Assembly (NCBI GenBank): GCA_026397045.1
Contig: JAPLVO010000013.1
Location: 1 to 36,835 of the forward strand
DNA from: Patescibacteria group bacterium
GTDB taxonomy: Bacteria > Patescibacteriota > Saccharimonadia > CAILAD01 > BJGX01
Reading direction: 5' to 3'
DNA length: 36,835 nt
Positions 36,643 through 36,835 of the stretch are shown piece after piece. A model generated the notes under the pieces. It made no database searches. It saw only the letters and a list, made by a program, of their open reading frames with translations, and had not been told where the DNA came from. A program made the position numbers and the translations under genes. The stretch's first letter is position 1, and every line of letters begins with the position of its first letter.

Positions 36643-36834
36643 TTAGCCCTGAGGAGTCGCAACAATTACTTCGCGACCGTCGTTTTGGCCTTCGCGAGTA
36701 CAGCTATACAGCGTTAGCTTAGGAGTCTTGCTGGCTAGCTCAATGCTGGTTTCACTAGGCTTAACAGTGCGCTTTTCACTCACCTTATAGCTATATCTTT
36801 TGCCTTGCCAGTCTACAAATATATCATCGCCAAT
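36643..36834 (-). CDS. Sortase, C-terminal part (truncated by window edge; not in ORF track)
   Basis: Manual translation IGDDIFVDWQGKRYSYKV...KLTLYSCTREGQNDGREVIVA: TLxxC motif plus downstream Arg. Confidence 0.85.
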   Translation of the reverse strand: MGDDIFVDWQGKRYSYKVSEKRTVKPSETSIELASKTPKLTLYSCTREGQNDGREVIVATPQG

Positions 36835-36835
36835 C

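Noticed and set aside
1..36835. CRISPR array, transposase, integrase or prophage
   Set aside because: No regularly spaced repeats and no mobile-element or phage protein motifs seen.

Overview
Chromosomal window, mostly minus-strand genes, in the standard bacterial code. Gene content and style suggest a Patescibacteria/CPR genome, probably Saccharibacteria-like (inference): Cys-free L32, short AlaS, short SMC, rpsP-khpA-trmD without rimM. It carries housekeeping genes (trmD, khpA, rpsP, smc, rnc, nusB, rpmF, leuS, obg, alaS, tatD, tRNA-Ala-GGC), many cell-envelope genes (murD+murL, murF, mltG, LysM-CHAP, FtsA-like, deacetylase, DUF218, sortase) and a small accessory patch at 1-2.8 kb. Main non-obvious signals: (1) at least 11 genes have a -10 box 6-7 nt before the ATG and no Shine-Dalgarno, implying pervasive leaderless expression; (2) a 29-bp terminator+promoter module repeats on both sides of the first gene, and the tspO 3' end is duplicated 1.45 kb downstream with an 11-6-11 palindrome at the junction, suggesting cassette-like gene accretion; (3) structured 5' leaders precede rpmF-nusB-nudix-rnc and the LysM-CHAP gene, the latter apparently starting at ATT; (4) an orphan FtsA-like actin lies near a membrane-anchored baseplate-like protein, ruvX and mltG; (5) an apparently hinge-less SMC and a P-type ATPase with PQGL in place of PEGL. 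All calls come from reading the sequence; no searches were run.
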